Assembly (NCBI GenBank): GCA_016192455.1 | Contig: JACPUC010000002.1 | Location: forward strand, 1-64,000 | Direction of reading: 5' to 3' | Length of the DNA stretch: 64,000 nucleotides | From: Candidatus Tectimicrobiota bacterium | Lineage (GTDB): Bacteria; JACPUC01 | Shown: positions 23,143 to 37,949 of the stretch, in pieces | Layout: each line of letters starts with the position of its first letter | How positions within the stretch are numbered: position 1 is the first letter of the stretch | Notes under the pieces: generated by a model | Database searches by the model: none | Seen by the model: only the letters and a program-made list of their open reading frames with translations | What the model was told of the DNA's origin: nothing | Translations under genes and position numbers: made by a program

Positions 23143-23544
23143 TTACGCGACCTTGATCGCCTGGCGCACGAACTTCACCACGTCGTCGGTGTTGGTGCCG
23201 GGGGTGAAGACCTCGCGGATGCCGATCTTCTTCAGGGCTTCGATGTCGGCGCGGGGGATGATGCCGCCGGCGAACACCACCACGTCATCCATCCCCTTCT
23301 CGCGCAGCAGCTCCATAACACGCGGGAAGATGTAGTTGTGGGCGCCGGAGAGGATGCTCATGCCGATGCCGTCCACGTCCTCCTGCTCCGCCGCGGCGAC
23401 GATCTGCTCCGGCGTCTGGTGCAGCCCGGTGTAGATGACCTCGAAGCCCGCGTCGCGCAGCGCGCGGGCGATGATCTTGGCGCCGCGGTCGTGTCCGTCC
23501 AGGCCCGGTTTGGCGATGAGCACCCTGATCTTGCGTTCGGCCAT
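23143..23544 (-). CDS. Cobalamin-binding domain protein (acyl-CoA mutase small subunit)
   Basis: [12 protein letters not shown] (DxHxxG), SILSGAH, FAGGIIP, FTPGT. Confidence 0.93.
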   Translation of the reverse strand: MAERKIRVLIAKPGLDGHDRGAKIIARALRDAGFEVIYTGLHQTPEQIVAAAEQEDVDGIGMSILSGAHNYIFPRVMELLREKGMDDVVVFAGGIIPRADIEALKKIGIREVFTPGTNTDDVVKFVRQAIKVA

Positions 23545-23708
23545 GACGATTCGTCTCCTCTCAGAACGCCCGGCAGGCACCCGAGGAGGGTGCGGTCGCG
23601 GAGATCAGCCGCGCGTCTGCCCCTCTCCAGGCGCGACCAGCATGCGGCAACGAAAGATCGGTTGGCTCGACTCCAGGATGAGGAGGAAGCTTCCACCCCG
23701 CGGCGCCG

Positions 23709-24410
23709 TCAGGTGGCCGCCACGCCGCGAAGATCGGGGAAGCGCAAGCCGCATGATTCAAGAAGACCCCGCACCTCGGCGAAGTAGCGCCCTTGCACCT
23801 CCGCTGCCGAGCAGGACTTCAAGCCGTGGGAGAGGCAGAAGGCGTTATCCTCGGGGTCGGGACGCCCAAAGGCGCGTTTGACGACGATCGGCATCACGGT
23901 GTCGAGGTGCTGCTGAGCCCGCGCAGCCTCGCGGGGGTCGCGGCAGAGGCGCTCCAGTTGCTGGTTGCCAACCGCCTGGTGGACCTCTTCCTCGGCAAGG
24001 ATCTTCACCATCGTTGTGGCCCAGGGAACGTAGCTGGCGTCGCGGTAGGCCTCCAATTGGTAGGTGCCGGCCCTGTCGGCAAGGAAATTAAAGACGACGA
24101 CTTCCGTCCACTCCGTCAATGTCTCGGAGAGCCCGAAGAAGCTCATCCCCGACTTGCGGCTCGCCAGCAGGCCGCCCACGTCCTGACCGAGCTCCTCAAG
24201 GAGCCGGGCGGCGCTCTCGCTGTGCTCGGCTTCTTCGCGGCAGAAGCGGGCCTGCCGCACTTTCTCGCGCCACGTCGGCGCAAGTTCGATGGAGTGGCCG
24301 TAGATTTCCGCGGTGGCAAGCTCGGCCAGGAACTGGCGCGTCATCAGACGCACCACCATGCGACGGTAGTCATCGGTCATCTGGTCACGGCTGTAGATCG
24401 TTTCGGGCAT
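23709..24410 (-). CDS. Ferritin-like diiron protein of the PaaA/PaaC (phenylacetyl-CoA epoxidase subunit) family
   Basis: APTWREK, two ExxH motifs (EEAEH, EEEVH), ASYVPW. Confidence 0.7.
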   Translation of the reverse strand: MPETIYSRDQMTDDYRRMVVRLMTRQFLAELATAEIYGHSIELAPTWREKVRQARFCREEAEHSESAARLLEELGQDVGGLLASRKSGMSFFGLSETLTEWTEVVVFNFLADRAGTYQLEAYRDASYVPWATTMVKILAEEEVHQAVGNQQLERLCRDPREAARAQQHLDTVMPIVVKRAFGRPDPEDNAFCLSHGLKSCSAAEVQGRYFAEVRGLLESCGLRFPDLRGVAAT

Positions 24411-24469
24411 CTGCCGCTCCCCCCAAAGCCAAAGGAAGGCAGAATGATCCCTCCTGGTTCGTGCTGCTC

Positions 24470-25306
24470 TCAGACCCGAGCCTCGTCCGGGGGTCCCGGA
24501 ACCGTTGGCACGTTACGAGGTTCCTGTTGCGGATTGCGGGCCCTGCTTTTTTCAGACAATACTAATAGTAAAAAGGAAAGTTGTCTTGCTATCAATCGCG
24601 CTTGTCTGTGATATCCTGCCCAAATTGAAAGAACCAATATTACAAATAAAGCTAAAAGAAGAGTAGTTCTCCAATACGAACTGTAAGAATACGAGATGTA
24701 AGAAGGAACCAAAATCATTATTATTAAAGCGGCAGCCAAATTGTGACAAAGTGCCGCTTCAGCCCTCATTTTAGCCAATACCTGCTTCGCTTGTGGATTT
24801 TCTGTTTTTAAGAAATCGTGCAAGTACCCATCAATTCTCCTATAGTGCGTTTCTTGGGCAGTGGGCTTTTCTTGGTGAGCGCGTCTTTCTTGGTTAGTGC
24901 GTCTTTCTTGGGCAGTGCGAACAATGGGAAATATGTAGGGAATGTTTAATTCCTTGAAGGTATTATTGACCCAAGTCTTTGTCTTGTCTGGGAGGCTGCT
25001 ATACTTGCTGCAATTAAATATCCAATATATGCGGTGTAGCAGATCCCCAATAGGTGTCAAAATGATTCCGATTACATAACCCAACCCTATCAATAGCGAA
25101 AACAGAATTACAAGAGGAGCAAATTTAATTGCAATGAATTTATCAACTGAAAATACCCCCCCCATCTTAAACATGTCGAGCATCCACATTACAAACAAAG
25201 CTAACGCAGTTCCAGGTGGAACACGGCAAATTAGATCGTAAAAAATTTCTGGAACTAGATTGGCAATGGGTGAGGCAATGGATGAAAGCTTTTCTTCATC
25301 TGCCAT
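24470..25306 (-). CDS. Hypothetical AT-rich membrane protein (likely horizontally acquired)
   Basis: 278-aa ORF with about four hydrophobic segments, AAGGGAAG upstream of ATG, markedly lower GC than flanks. Confidence 0.7.
   Translation of the reverse strand: MADEEKLSSIASPIANLVPEIFYDLICRVPPGTALALFVMWMLDMFKMGGVFSVDKFIAIKFAPLVILFSLLIGLGYVIGIILTPIGDLLHRIYWIFNCSKYSSLPDKTKTWVNNTFKELNIPYIFPIVRTAQERRTNQERRAHQEKPTAQETHYRRIDGYLHDFLKTENPQAKQVLAKMRAEAALCHNLAAALIIMILVPSYISYSYSSYWRTTLLLALFVILVLSIWAGYHRQARLIARQLSFLLLVLSEKSRARNPQQEPRNVPTVPGPPDEARV
24843..24914. repeat. Four imperfect 18-bp tandem units within the AT-rich gene
   Basis: tagtgcgtttcttgggca / gtgggcttttcttggtga / gcgcgtctttcttggtta / gtgcgtctttcttgggca, encoding RTAQER-RTNQER-RAHQEK-PTAQET. 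Confidence 0.8.
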
Positions 25307-25604
25307 TGCTACTTCCCTTTGACATTAAACAGTCACAAGTGAAGATAAAAAAGAGCTGCACCGCTCCTGCGATGGAGCCGATGGTTGAGAAGACGGCGGA
25401 GGTGACAACGGCGGTAGGGTACAGTGATTTTACCTCGTTGTCAATCTGCCCCCGAAGTGCGAGGCAAGCATATCCTCTCCTTCCAGGTAGGCCCCGCAAA
25501 AGGTCCGACGCCCTGTCCGAACTGGTGCCAGCAGCCGATCTCGGGCAGCAACTTGAGTGGGGATGAGGGAGAACGGCGCGGCCGGCTTGATTCTGAGCGT
25601 GCCC

Positions 25605-26600
<996 letters not shown>

Positions 26601-26652
26601 CGTTCCGATACTCCGTTCCTGGTGGGGCAGCTTCGAGGGAGAGCCAGGGGGG

Positions 26653-27444
26653 CTAGACGACCTTTGCTTCTTCGCGCAGCAAGCGCACCAGCTCCTTGGC
26701 GGCGTGCGCGGGGTCACCCTCGATCTTCCGCCCGGCGCTGCGGGGAGGGGGCGGGAAGAACTGCCTGATCTGCACCGCGGCGGCGCCGGCGCCGACGCTG
26801 GCCGGATCGATGCCGAGTTCGCCGGCCCGCCACTCGTCGAGGGGTTTCTTCTTGGCGCCCATGATGCCTTTCAGCGACGGGTAGCGCGGCTCGTTCAGCC
26901 CTTTCTGGCAGGTGATCACGGCGGGGAAGGTGACGGAGACGACCTCGCTGCCGCCCTCGATCTGGCGGTGGGCCACGGCGCTCGTGCCGTCCTCGGCGAC
27001 GCTCAGCTTGTTCACCACGCACACCTGCGGCAGGTCGAGGAGTTCCGCGAGCTGCGGGCCGACGTGCATGCAGTCGTCGTCGATAGCCTGCTTGCCGCAG
27101 AGGATGAGGTCGTACTCCAGCTTGCGCAGGGCGGCGGCCAGCACGCCGGCGGTGCCGAGGGAGTCGCAGCCCGCAAAGGCGGGATCATTGAGGTGGACGC
27201 CCCTGTCGGCGCCCATGGCGAGGCAGGTGCGCAGGGCCTCCTTGGCTTTGTCACCTCCCATGGTGACGACGGTCACCTCGCCGCCGAAGCGCTCCTTCAG
27301 CCGCAGCGCCTCCTCCAGCGCGAATTCGTCGTAGGGGTTGACGACGAACTGGGCGTCGTGCAGATCGACGCCTCCGCCGTCCGGCGCGAGCTTGATCTGC
27401 GTCTCGCTGTCGGGCACCTGCTTCATGCAGACAACGATCTTCAT
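26653..27444 (-). CDS. etfB: Electron transfer flavoprotein beta subunit
   Basis: MKIVVCMKQVPD, NPYDEFALEEA, AMGAD, CGKQAIDD, LNEPRYP; AAGGAAGG RBS. Confidence 0.96.
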   Translation of the reverse strand: MKIVVCMKQVPDSETQIKLAPDGGGVDLHDAQFVVNPYDEFALEEALRLKERFGGEVTVVTMGGDKAKEALRTCLAMGADRGVHLNDPAFAGCDSLGTAGVLAAALRKLEYDLILCGKQAIDDDCMHVGPQLAELLDLPQVCVVNKLSVAEDGTSAVAHRQIEGGSEVVSVTFPAVITCQKGLNEPRYPSLKGIMGAKKKPLDEWRAGELGIDPASVGAGAAAVQIRQFFPPPPRSAGRKIEGDPAHAAKELVRLLREEAKVV

Positions 27445-27612
27445 GGTGCCTTCCTTCGCAAAATAGCCCCGATAGCGACGCACCGTCTGGCGATCGGGGC
27501 TATGAGGAGGGGAGAAATCCCGCCGGGCGCCGCCGCGGCACGACGCCGCGCCGGGGCGGCGCCATGCCACGGCAGGCTCGGCGTCTCCACGAGGAACCGG
27601 GGAGGGCAGCCG

Positions 27613-29142
<1,530 letters not shown>

Positions 29143-29774
29143 GGTGCGGAAATCCTTTCGCATGCGCTGGAGGCCGCTCCGGCGGCGTCAGCGTGCAGAG
29201 CGCCAAGGCCCAGGAGGCGTTGCGACCGGAAGCCGAGGCAACGGAGCGCGGCGACAGGGGCGGCGGGAACACCCGCTGGGGCGCGCGGCTCGTTGCGCAG
29301 GCGCCAAACGACGGCTGGACCTTAGCATAGAACTTGGCAGTCGGGCAAGGGAGGTTCATCCCCCTAGACGGCGACTGCGGATGCGGAGAACGATGAGATC
29401 AGAACACCGTCACGCGGCGTTACTGGGGGGGCAGAAGTCGTAGGGGGAGGAGGGGCAGGGCGAGGGTGGAGAAGGGAGAGAGCGTCTGAGAACATGCCCA
29501 CGGCATGCCAGCTTCGCCACGAGCTCGTCTCCTGGGTGAACCCCAGGAGCACCGTGCCGGGCTTGCACCCTGGCGCTCAGGTTGGGGTGGTACGCTCCAC
29601 ATCGTGCATTCCTCCTTCTGTCGGCGCATGCTTTGCTTGCGCCTTACCACTCGAACGGCCTGCTCCCGGCGCGGCTTCATCCTTTCGCGGGCGCCGAGGA
29701 TGGTCCCTTGCGGAACCACAGCCTCACGGCCAACCCCGGGATCGGTCGCCGCCGCCGCAGCCCGCCGCTCCTCA

Positions 29775-30269
29775 CTACAGGCTGCCAAAATCTTCCGGCC
29801 TGAGGTTTTCAAGCCAGCTCTTCAGGTTCTCGGGCTCCTCAGGCGTCTCCTCACTCTGCTGCTGTTCGGGAATCTCGATGCTGCGCGCTTCCTCAATAAC
29901 CTTTTCGGCAACGAAGATGGGCGCCTCCATCCGCAACGCCAGGGCGATGGCGTCGCTGGGGCGTGAATCAATGCTCAGGGAAGCCCCATTCATCACCAGT
30001 TCAATGCTAGCATAGAAGGTGTTGTTCTTCAAGTCGCTGACGATGACGCGCTCTACCCGAGCCTTAGCCCCCTCGATGATGTTCTTGATGAGATCATGCG
30101 TCATCGGCCGGGGCGTGGGCACGTTCTCCATCTTCATCGCAATGGCGTTGGCTTCGAAGATGCCCACCCAGATCGGCAGCGCCTTTTGCCCACCGAGGTC
30201 CTTCAAGATAACGATCGGCATGTTGGTCAACGGATCCAGGGTAAGCCCCTTCACTTTCATTTCAATCAC
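29775..30269 (-). CDS. Bifunctional nuclease family protein (DUF151)
   Basis: [46 protein letters not shown] before GTG 30269. Confidence 0.92.
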   Translation of the reverse strand: MIEMKVKGLTLDPLTNMPIVILKDLGGQKALPIWVGIFEANAIAMKMENVPTPRPMTHDLIKNIIEGAKARVERVIVSDLKNNTFYASIELVMNGASLSIDSRPSDAIALALRMEAPIFVAEKVIEEARSIEIPEQQQSEETPEEPENLKSWLENLRPEDFGSL

Positions 30270-30282
30270 CGACGTTACCTCC

Positions 30283-31608
30283 TCATGAGGAGTGAGCAGC
30301 AAGGCGGCCTTCGAAGCTGTACAGGCCTGCCCGCACAATTTCGACCGGCACGAGCTTGCCCTTCAGGGAGAGATCACCCACAAAGTTCACCACCTTGTTC
30401 GACGCCGTGCGGCTGGTCAGTTTGGCGGCATCCTTCTTGCTAGGGCCCTCCACGAGGACGGTCTCGATGCGTCCCTCGTACCGCGCATTGCGCTTCACTT
30501 GGATGCCTTGCTGAAGTCGCTGCAGGGTGTCGAAGCGCTCCTTCTTCTTGGTCTCGGAGACCTGATCCGGCATCGACGCCGCCGGAGTGAGGGGACGCGG
30601 GGAGTACTTGAAGAGGAAGAAACTGTCGTACTCGACCTCCTCAACGAGCGCCACGGTGCGCTGGAAGTCGTCGTCCGTCTCGCCGGGGAAGCCCACGATC
30701 AGGTCGGTGGAGAACGCCATCTCGGCAACGAGCGCGCGCATGCGGCGCACCTTCGCAAGGTACTCCGCAGCGGTGTAGCCGCGATCCATGCGGCGGAGGA
30801 TGCGGTCCGACCCCGACTGCACCGGCAGGTGGAGCTGCTTGCAGAGGGTCTCGCTGCGGGCGATGGTCTCCATGAGCGCCTCGGAGAAGTCTGCCGGATG
30901 CGAGGTCACGAACCGCACCCGCGCCATCCCCGACACCGCCGCAACCTGTTCGAGCAGCGCCGGAAAGCTGCGCTCGCCGGGGAGGTCGTGCCCGTACGAG
31001 TTCACGTTCTGCCCGATGAGGGTCACTTCCTTGTAGCCATTCGCGGCGAGCTGCTTGACCTCCTCGATGATGAGGCGGCTGGGACGACTGCGCTCGGCCC
31101 CGCGCGTCAACGGCACAATGCAGTACGTGCAGCGATGGTTGCAGCCCTTAATGATGCTGACAAAGGCCGCGTACTCGGTCTGCCGCTGGATGACCGAGGG
31201 CTCGTCGAAGCTCGCATCGACGCTCACGTCGACGACGCTGCGTTGCTCCTCGCCCGCCTGCCGAAGGAGGTCTGGTAACTTTTCAATATTGTCCGTCCCA
31301 CAGACCACGTCAACGATCGGCATCCTCTCGGAAATGCCGCTCCCCGCCCGCTGGGCGACACAGCCGCACACAGCAATCTGCGTGCCAGGGTTTTTCTCCT
31401 TCAGCTCGCGCAGCCGCCCCAGGTGGCTGAAGACCTTCTGCTCCGATTTCTCCCGGATGGCGCAGGTGTTGAGGACGATGAGGTCCGCATCGCGGGCGTT
31501 CTCGGTGAGGTCGTAGTCTTCCCGCGCCATCAACCCGACGATGCGCTCGGCATCGTATTTATTCATCTGGCAGCCGAAATTCACCACGGCGAGCCGCTTC
31601 CTGGCCAC
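30283..31608 (-). CDS. miaB: tRNA-2-methylthio-N6-dimethylallyladenosine synthase
   Basis: [14 protein letters not shown], radical-SAM [25 protein letters not shown]-terminal TRAM domain. Confidence 0.95.
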   Translation of the reverse strand: MARKRLAVVNFGCQMNKYDAERIVGLMAREDYDLTENARDADLIVLNTCAIREKSEQKVFSHLGRLRELKEKNPGTQIAVCGCVAQRAGSGISERMPIVDVVCGTDNIEKLPDLLRQAGEEQRSVVDVSVDASFDEPSVIQRQTEYAAFVSIIKGCNHRCTYCIVPLTRGAERSRPSRLIIEEVKQLAANGYKEVTLIGQNVNSYGHDLPGERSFPALLEQVAAVSGMARVRFVTSHPADFSEALMETIARSETLCKQLHLPVQSGSDRILRRMDRGYTAAEYLAKVRRMRALVAEMAFSTDLIVGFPGETDDDFQRTVALVEEVEYDSFFLFKYSPRPLTPAASMPDQVSETKKKERFDTLQRLQQGIQVKRNARYEGRIETVLVEGPSKKDAAKLTSRTASNKVVNFVGDLSLKGKLVPVEIVRAGLYSFEGRLAAHSS

Positions 31609-31636
31609 TTCGAGCTCCTCTCCTAAGTGCTGTCCA

Positions 31637-31664
31637 AATATAGTGTTATTGAGTGCGCTGTCAA
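31637..31664 (-). promoter_or_regulatory. Putative sigma70 promoter of miaB
   Basis: Minus strand TTGACA-N16-TATATT just upstream of the GAGGAG RBS. Confidence 0.6.
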
Positions 31665-31866
31665 GAAGCCAGGAGCTGGGGAGAGGCTGCGTGGCAGGCG
31701 TGGGGTGCTGCCGCGGCGCTTCCCTCGCGCAGGGCATCGGCGCGCACCGCAGCAGCAACGGCGCCTGGCGCCATCCCAAGGACGGCCGCTCTTGCCAGTG
31801 CGCTGTTTCTCACCTGAGATCGCAGAGATGTGCCAGAGCGCCGCGCCCCCTTGCGCACCCCGCCTT

Positions 31867-31894
31867 GTAGGGGCGGTTCGCGAACCGCCCCTAC
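31867..31894. repeat. Perfect 28-bp palindrome, GTAG-type REP-like element
   Basis: GTAGGGGCGGTTCGCGAACCGCCCCTAC equals its own reverse complement; intergenic. Confidence 0.8.
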
Positions 31895-31998
31895 GGGAGT
31901 AAGGGTTTGGAAGAGCAAGGGACCCCTCCAAGAACTTCCCCCCGTACATCGCACGAAGATGGCGTCGAATTTAAGGCTGGAACTTGTGCGACGCAACC

Positions 31999-33075
31999 CT
32001 AAGCGGCGGATTCCCCCGGAGAGACCGTGGCGGCCATGTCGCTCCGCCGGCAGCGCACGCCGCGCCGCGCCAGGCGGATATCGAGGAGCCGCCCGCCCGC
32101 CGCGGTGATGGCCTGCCGCACGGCAAGGCGTTTTGCCGGCGGCGTCACGAAGAAGACGCAGCCGCCGCCGCCGGCGCCGCACACCTTCATGGCCTCGGCG
32201 CCGGCGCGGTGCGCGGCCCGCCCCAGGCACTCGATGCCGGGCGTGCTGGTGCCGCGGCTGAGGCGCCGGCGGTAGGACCACTCCGCGGCGATAGGCGCCG
32301 CCAGCCGATCCAGCCGGCCCGCGCTCAGCTCCTCGTAGAGGCGCAGCGAACTTGCCGCGATGCCGCCGAGCAGACGCCGCAGCGCCTGGCTGCCGTCGAA
32401 GAAGCCGCGAAACACCTCCCAGTTGTTCAGCGCCGAGCGCCGCGGCACGCCGGTGTAGCAAAGGAGGAGACGCTCGCCCAGGGCCTCCAGGTCGACGTGG
32501 AGGGCCTCGCGTCGCACTCCTGCGGGCGTTCCCCAGAGCGCCTGCACCCCGCCGTAGGCCGCCGGGTAGTAGTCCTGCCAGCCGGTGGGGGCTTGGATGA
32601 TGGTCGTCTCCAGGTTCTGCGCCTGCTGAATGAGCCCCGGCAGGTTGAGTCGCCCTCCCAGGAAGCGTCGCAACGCCGCGAGCAGCGCGACGAGGAGCGC
32701 CGAGGAGCCGCCAAGCCCGGAGCCGGCGGGCGCCTGGCAGTCGGTCTCGAGGGTGAGCCCGGCGCGCGGCGGGGCGGCATGCGGGGCGGTCGCCTGGCGC
32801 AGCTCGTGCAGGAGCGCCGCGCGCAGCATGGGGAGGCTGCGGCAGCGCTGCAGCGCCTCGACATCAGCCCCTCTCCACCGCCGCCCCTGATCGAGCGAAC
32901 GCAGCAGGATGGCGCCGTCCTGGCGAGGAGAAAGTCGCACCGTGGCGTAGCAATCGATCGCCACGTTCAGGGTCACGGCATCCTTGCAAAAGAGATAAAG
33001 AGGCCAGAGATCGAGCGTCCCGCCGGCGAGGTCGATGCGGCTGGGGGCGCTAGCTTCGAGAGGGTGGCGCGTCAC
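31999..33075 (-). CDS. GHMP-family sugar kinase (HddA/heptose-7-phosphate kinase-like)
   Basis: APSRIDLAGGTLD, PAGSGLGGSS, TGWQDY, KVCGAGGGGC. Confidence 0.85.
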   Translation of the reverse strand: MTRHPLEASAPSRIDLAGGTLDLWPLYLFCKDAVTLNVAIDCYATVRLSPRQDGAILLRSLDQGRRWRGADVEALQRCRSLPMLRAALLHELRQATAPHAAPPRAGLTLETDCQAPAGSGLGGSSALLVALLAALRRFLGGRLNLPGLIQQAQNLETTIIQAPTGWQDYYPAAYGGVQALWGTPAGVRREALHVDLEALGERLLLCYTGVPRRSALNNWEVFRGFFDGSQALRRLLGGIAASSLRLYEELSAGRLDRLAAPIAAEWSYRRRLSRGTSTPGIECLGRAAHRAGAEAMKVCGAGGGGCVFFVTPPAKRLAVRQAITAAGGRLLDIRLARRGVRCRRSDMAATVSPGESAA

Positions 33076-33317
33076 CGGTTGGCGGTCCCTTGCGGAGAGG
33101 CGGCGAGCCGCGCCGGCGCTTGAGGACGCCTGGCAGGTTCGCGCAGCATGGGTTGGCTCACGGGGTCGGCGGACGGATCACCTGCCGTCGGTTCGTTGCC
33201 ACCACACTCTAATCAGGAGGGGGAGCCTTGTCCACCTGCCGGTGCCGCGGGCCGGCGCGATGAAACCCTGTCGGCGAGACCCCGCGTCAGCGACCGGCCG
33301 AGGTACGAGCGGCGGCG

Positions 33318-33346
33318 TGGACAGCGGCGCCTGCCTCTCCTAGAAT
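33318..33346 (+). promoter_or_regulatory. Putative sigma70 promoter of acpS-uvrB-uvrC
   Basis: TGGACA-N17-TAGAAT. Confidence 0.5.
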
Positions 33347-33494
33347 AAAAGTGAAGCTGTTCCCGGGCCGCGTTGCTGGAGCAGGCGCGGTCCTGAGTGA
33401 GCATGGCTTGCCGGCTGAGCCGTTTCGCTCTGGGGAGAAACGGCCGCGGCATGGCGCCGGCGGGAAGGCCACAGCCTGCGGCGGTTTGTTCGGC

Positions 33495-33878
33495 ATGATT
33501 GTCGGGGTGGGGGTCGATACGATCGAGATCGCGCGGGTCGCGGCGCTGCTGGAGCGCTACGGGGCGCGTTTCCGCCGCCGGGTCTTCACGGAGGGGGAGC
33601 AGCGTTACTGCGATCGGCGGCGGCGCTTCGCGCAGCACTACGCGGCCCGCTTCGCCGCCAAGGAGGCTCTCCTGAAAGCCCTGGGGATCGGCCTGCGCAT
33701 GGGGGTGCGCTGGCGCGACATCGAGGTCGTCAATCTGCCGGACGGCAAGCCAACGCTGCGCCTGCACGGCCGCACCGCCGAGCGGGCTGCAAAGCTGGGC
33801 ACCCATCGCCTCGAACTGAGCCTGACCCACGCCCAGGAGGTCGCGTCGGCCTTCCTGATCCTTGAAACCCTCGGCTGA
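33495..33878 (+). CDS. acpS: Holo-[acyl-carrier-protein] synthase
   Basis: [35 protein letters not shown]. Confidence 0.93.
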   Translation: MIVGVGVDTIEIARVAALLERYGARFRRRVFTEGEQRYCDRRRRFAQHYAARFAAKEALLKALGIGLRMGVRWRDIEVVNLPDGKPTLRLHGRTAERAAKLGTHRLELSLTHAQEVASAFLILETLG

Positions 33879-33911
33879 GGTCGCGCCGCAAGAACACGAA
33901 AATGAAATAGC

Positions 33912-33976
33912 AACCACTGATGGACGCGGATCGACACGGCTAATTTATCAGTGTTCATCCGTGGTTCCTCGTGGTT
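33912..33976. repeat. Imperfect inverted repeat built from ~10-nt (A)CGGATGAAC-like units
   Basis: Arms aaccactgatggacgcggatcgacacggct and atcagtgttcatccgtggttcctcgtggtt, 18/30 complementary, around an AATTT loop. Confidence 0.55.
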
Positions 33977-33999
33977 CTTTTTCGATGGGAAGGATCGGC

Positions 34000-35993
<1,994 letters not shown>

Positions 35994-35997
<4 letters not shown>

Positions 35998-37949
35998 CTT
36001 CCGGCGCGACGGCGGAGCTGAAGGAGAAAATCGATCGCCTGCCGATGACGCCGGGGGTCTACTTCATGCTCGACCACGCCGGCAAAGTGCTCTACGTCGG
36101 CAAGGCGGTGAACCTGCGCAGCCGCGTGCGCTCCTACTTCCGCAACGGCGGGGATGGCCGCGTCCACATCCGCTTCCTGGTGCCGAAGGTGGTGGATGTC
36201 CGGGTCATCGCTACGGATACCGAGACGGAGGCGCTCATCCTTGAGAACAACCTCATCAAGGAGCACCGGCCGCGCTACAACGTCATGTTCCGCGACGACA
36301 AGACGTACGTCAGCCTGAAGCTCAACGTGCGCGACCGCTGGCCGCGGCTGACGGTGGTGCGGCGCCATGGCCGCGACGAGCACCTCTACTTCGGCCCCTA
36401 CGCCTCGGCCCAGGCGGTGCGGCAGACGCTGCACGCCATCCAGCGCATCTTCCCCATCCGCTCCTGCACCGACAGCGTCTTCAAGAACCGCACCCGCCCC
36501 TGTCTCTACCACCAGATCGGCCAGTGCGTGGCGCCCTGCGTCGAGGGCTACACGACGGAGGCGGCGTACCGCGAGCTCGTCGAGCAGGTCATCCTCTTCC
36601 TGCGCGGGCGCAGCGAGGATCTCATCGAGGTGCTGCGCCGCCGCATGCAGGACGAGTCCGAGGCGCTGCGCTTCGAGGAGGCGGGGCGAATCCACCGTCG
36701 CATCCAGGCCATCGCGCACACCGTCGAGCGCCAGAAGATCACCTCGCAGGTGCGCGATGATCAGGACATCTACGGCCTCTACCGCGAAGGCGAGGTCATC
36801 GAGTTGCAGTGCCTGACGGTGCGCGGCGGCAAGCTTTTGGGCGGCAGGAACCGCAGCTTCAGTGGCCAGCTCCTGCCGAGCGAGGAGCTGCTGAGCTCCT
36901 ACCTGAACCAGAGCTACGCCGCCGAAGGGGTCATCCCTCCCGAAATCCTCGTGCCGCTGGAGCTGGAGGACGCGGCGACGTTGGGGGCACTCTTGAGCGA
37001 GCGCAGCGGCCGGCGCGTCGTCATCCTGCGACCGCAGCGCGGCGAGAAGCGGCAGCTCGTCGACATGGCCTGCCGCAACGCCCGGGTGGCCTTCGAGCAG
37101 CGCCAGGTGAAGGCGGGGGACGATGCGGCCACCCTCGCCCAGGTGCAGAGCAAGCTCCACCTCCGCGCCCTCCCCCGCAAGATCGAGTGCTTCGACATCT
37201 CGAACATCCAGGGGACGAACGCGGTCGGCTCGATGGTGCGCTTCGTCAACGGCGCGCCGGACAAGAAGGGCTACCGCACCTACCGCGTACGCACCGTCGA
37301 GGGGGCGAACGATTTCGCCATGATGGCGGAGGTGCTGGGAAGGCGCTACCGGCGGGCGCTCGAGGAGGACGATCTGCCCGATCTCCTCCTCGTCGACGGC
37401 GGCAAGGGGCAGCTCGGCATGGCCGTCGAGGTGATGCGTCAGCTCGGGATCAGCAGCGTCGATCTCGCTGGTATCGCCAAGAGCCGCCTGCGGGAGGGGG
37501 TGATCGCCGGCCGGCGCGAACGCTCCGAGGAGCGCATTTTCTTGGTCGGGCGCGTCAACCCCGTCACCTTCAACCCCAACTCCTCGGCGCTCTTCCTGCT
37601 GCAGCGCGTGCGCGACGAGGCGCACCGCTTCGCCATCACCGCCCACCGCAAGCTGCGCCGGCGCCAGTCCCTCACCTCGGCTCTCGAGGAGATTCCCGGC
37701 ATCGGCGCGAAGCGCAAGCAGGCGCTGCTGCGCGCCTTCGGCAGCCTGCGCGGCGTGACGGCGGCGACGATCGAGCAGCTCGCCGCCGTTCCCGGCATGA
37801 CGAGCGCCCTGTCCGAGGAGGTGCACCGCTCCCTGGCGCCCCTCAGCCCTGCCGCCGCGGCGGCGCCTCTCCCTGCCGCGGCGACTCCTCCCGCCGAGAC
37901 GCCGTCGGCTGAGCGCCTTCCTGCCGCGGCGCCTGGGGCGACAGGCTGA
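35994..37949 (+). CDS. uvrC: Excinuclease ABC subunit C
   Basis: GIY-YIG domain (PGVYFM..LYVGKA), [26 protein letters not shown], HhH IPGIG; GTGA overlap with uvrB. Confidence 0.97.

Noticed and set aside
24843-24914. CRISPR array
   Set aside because: Units are contiguous 18-mers without spacers, lie in frame inside a CDS, and no cas genes are present
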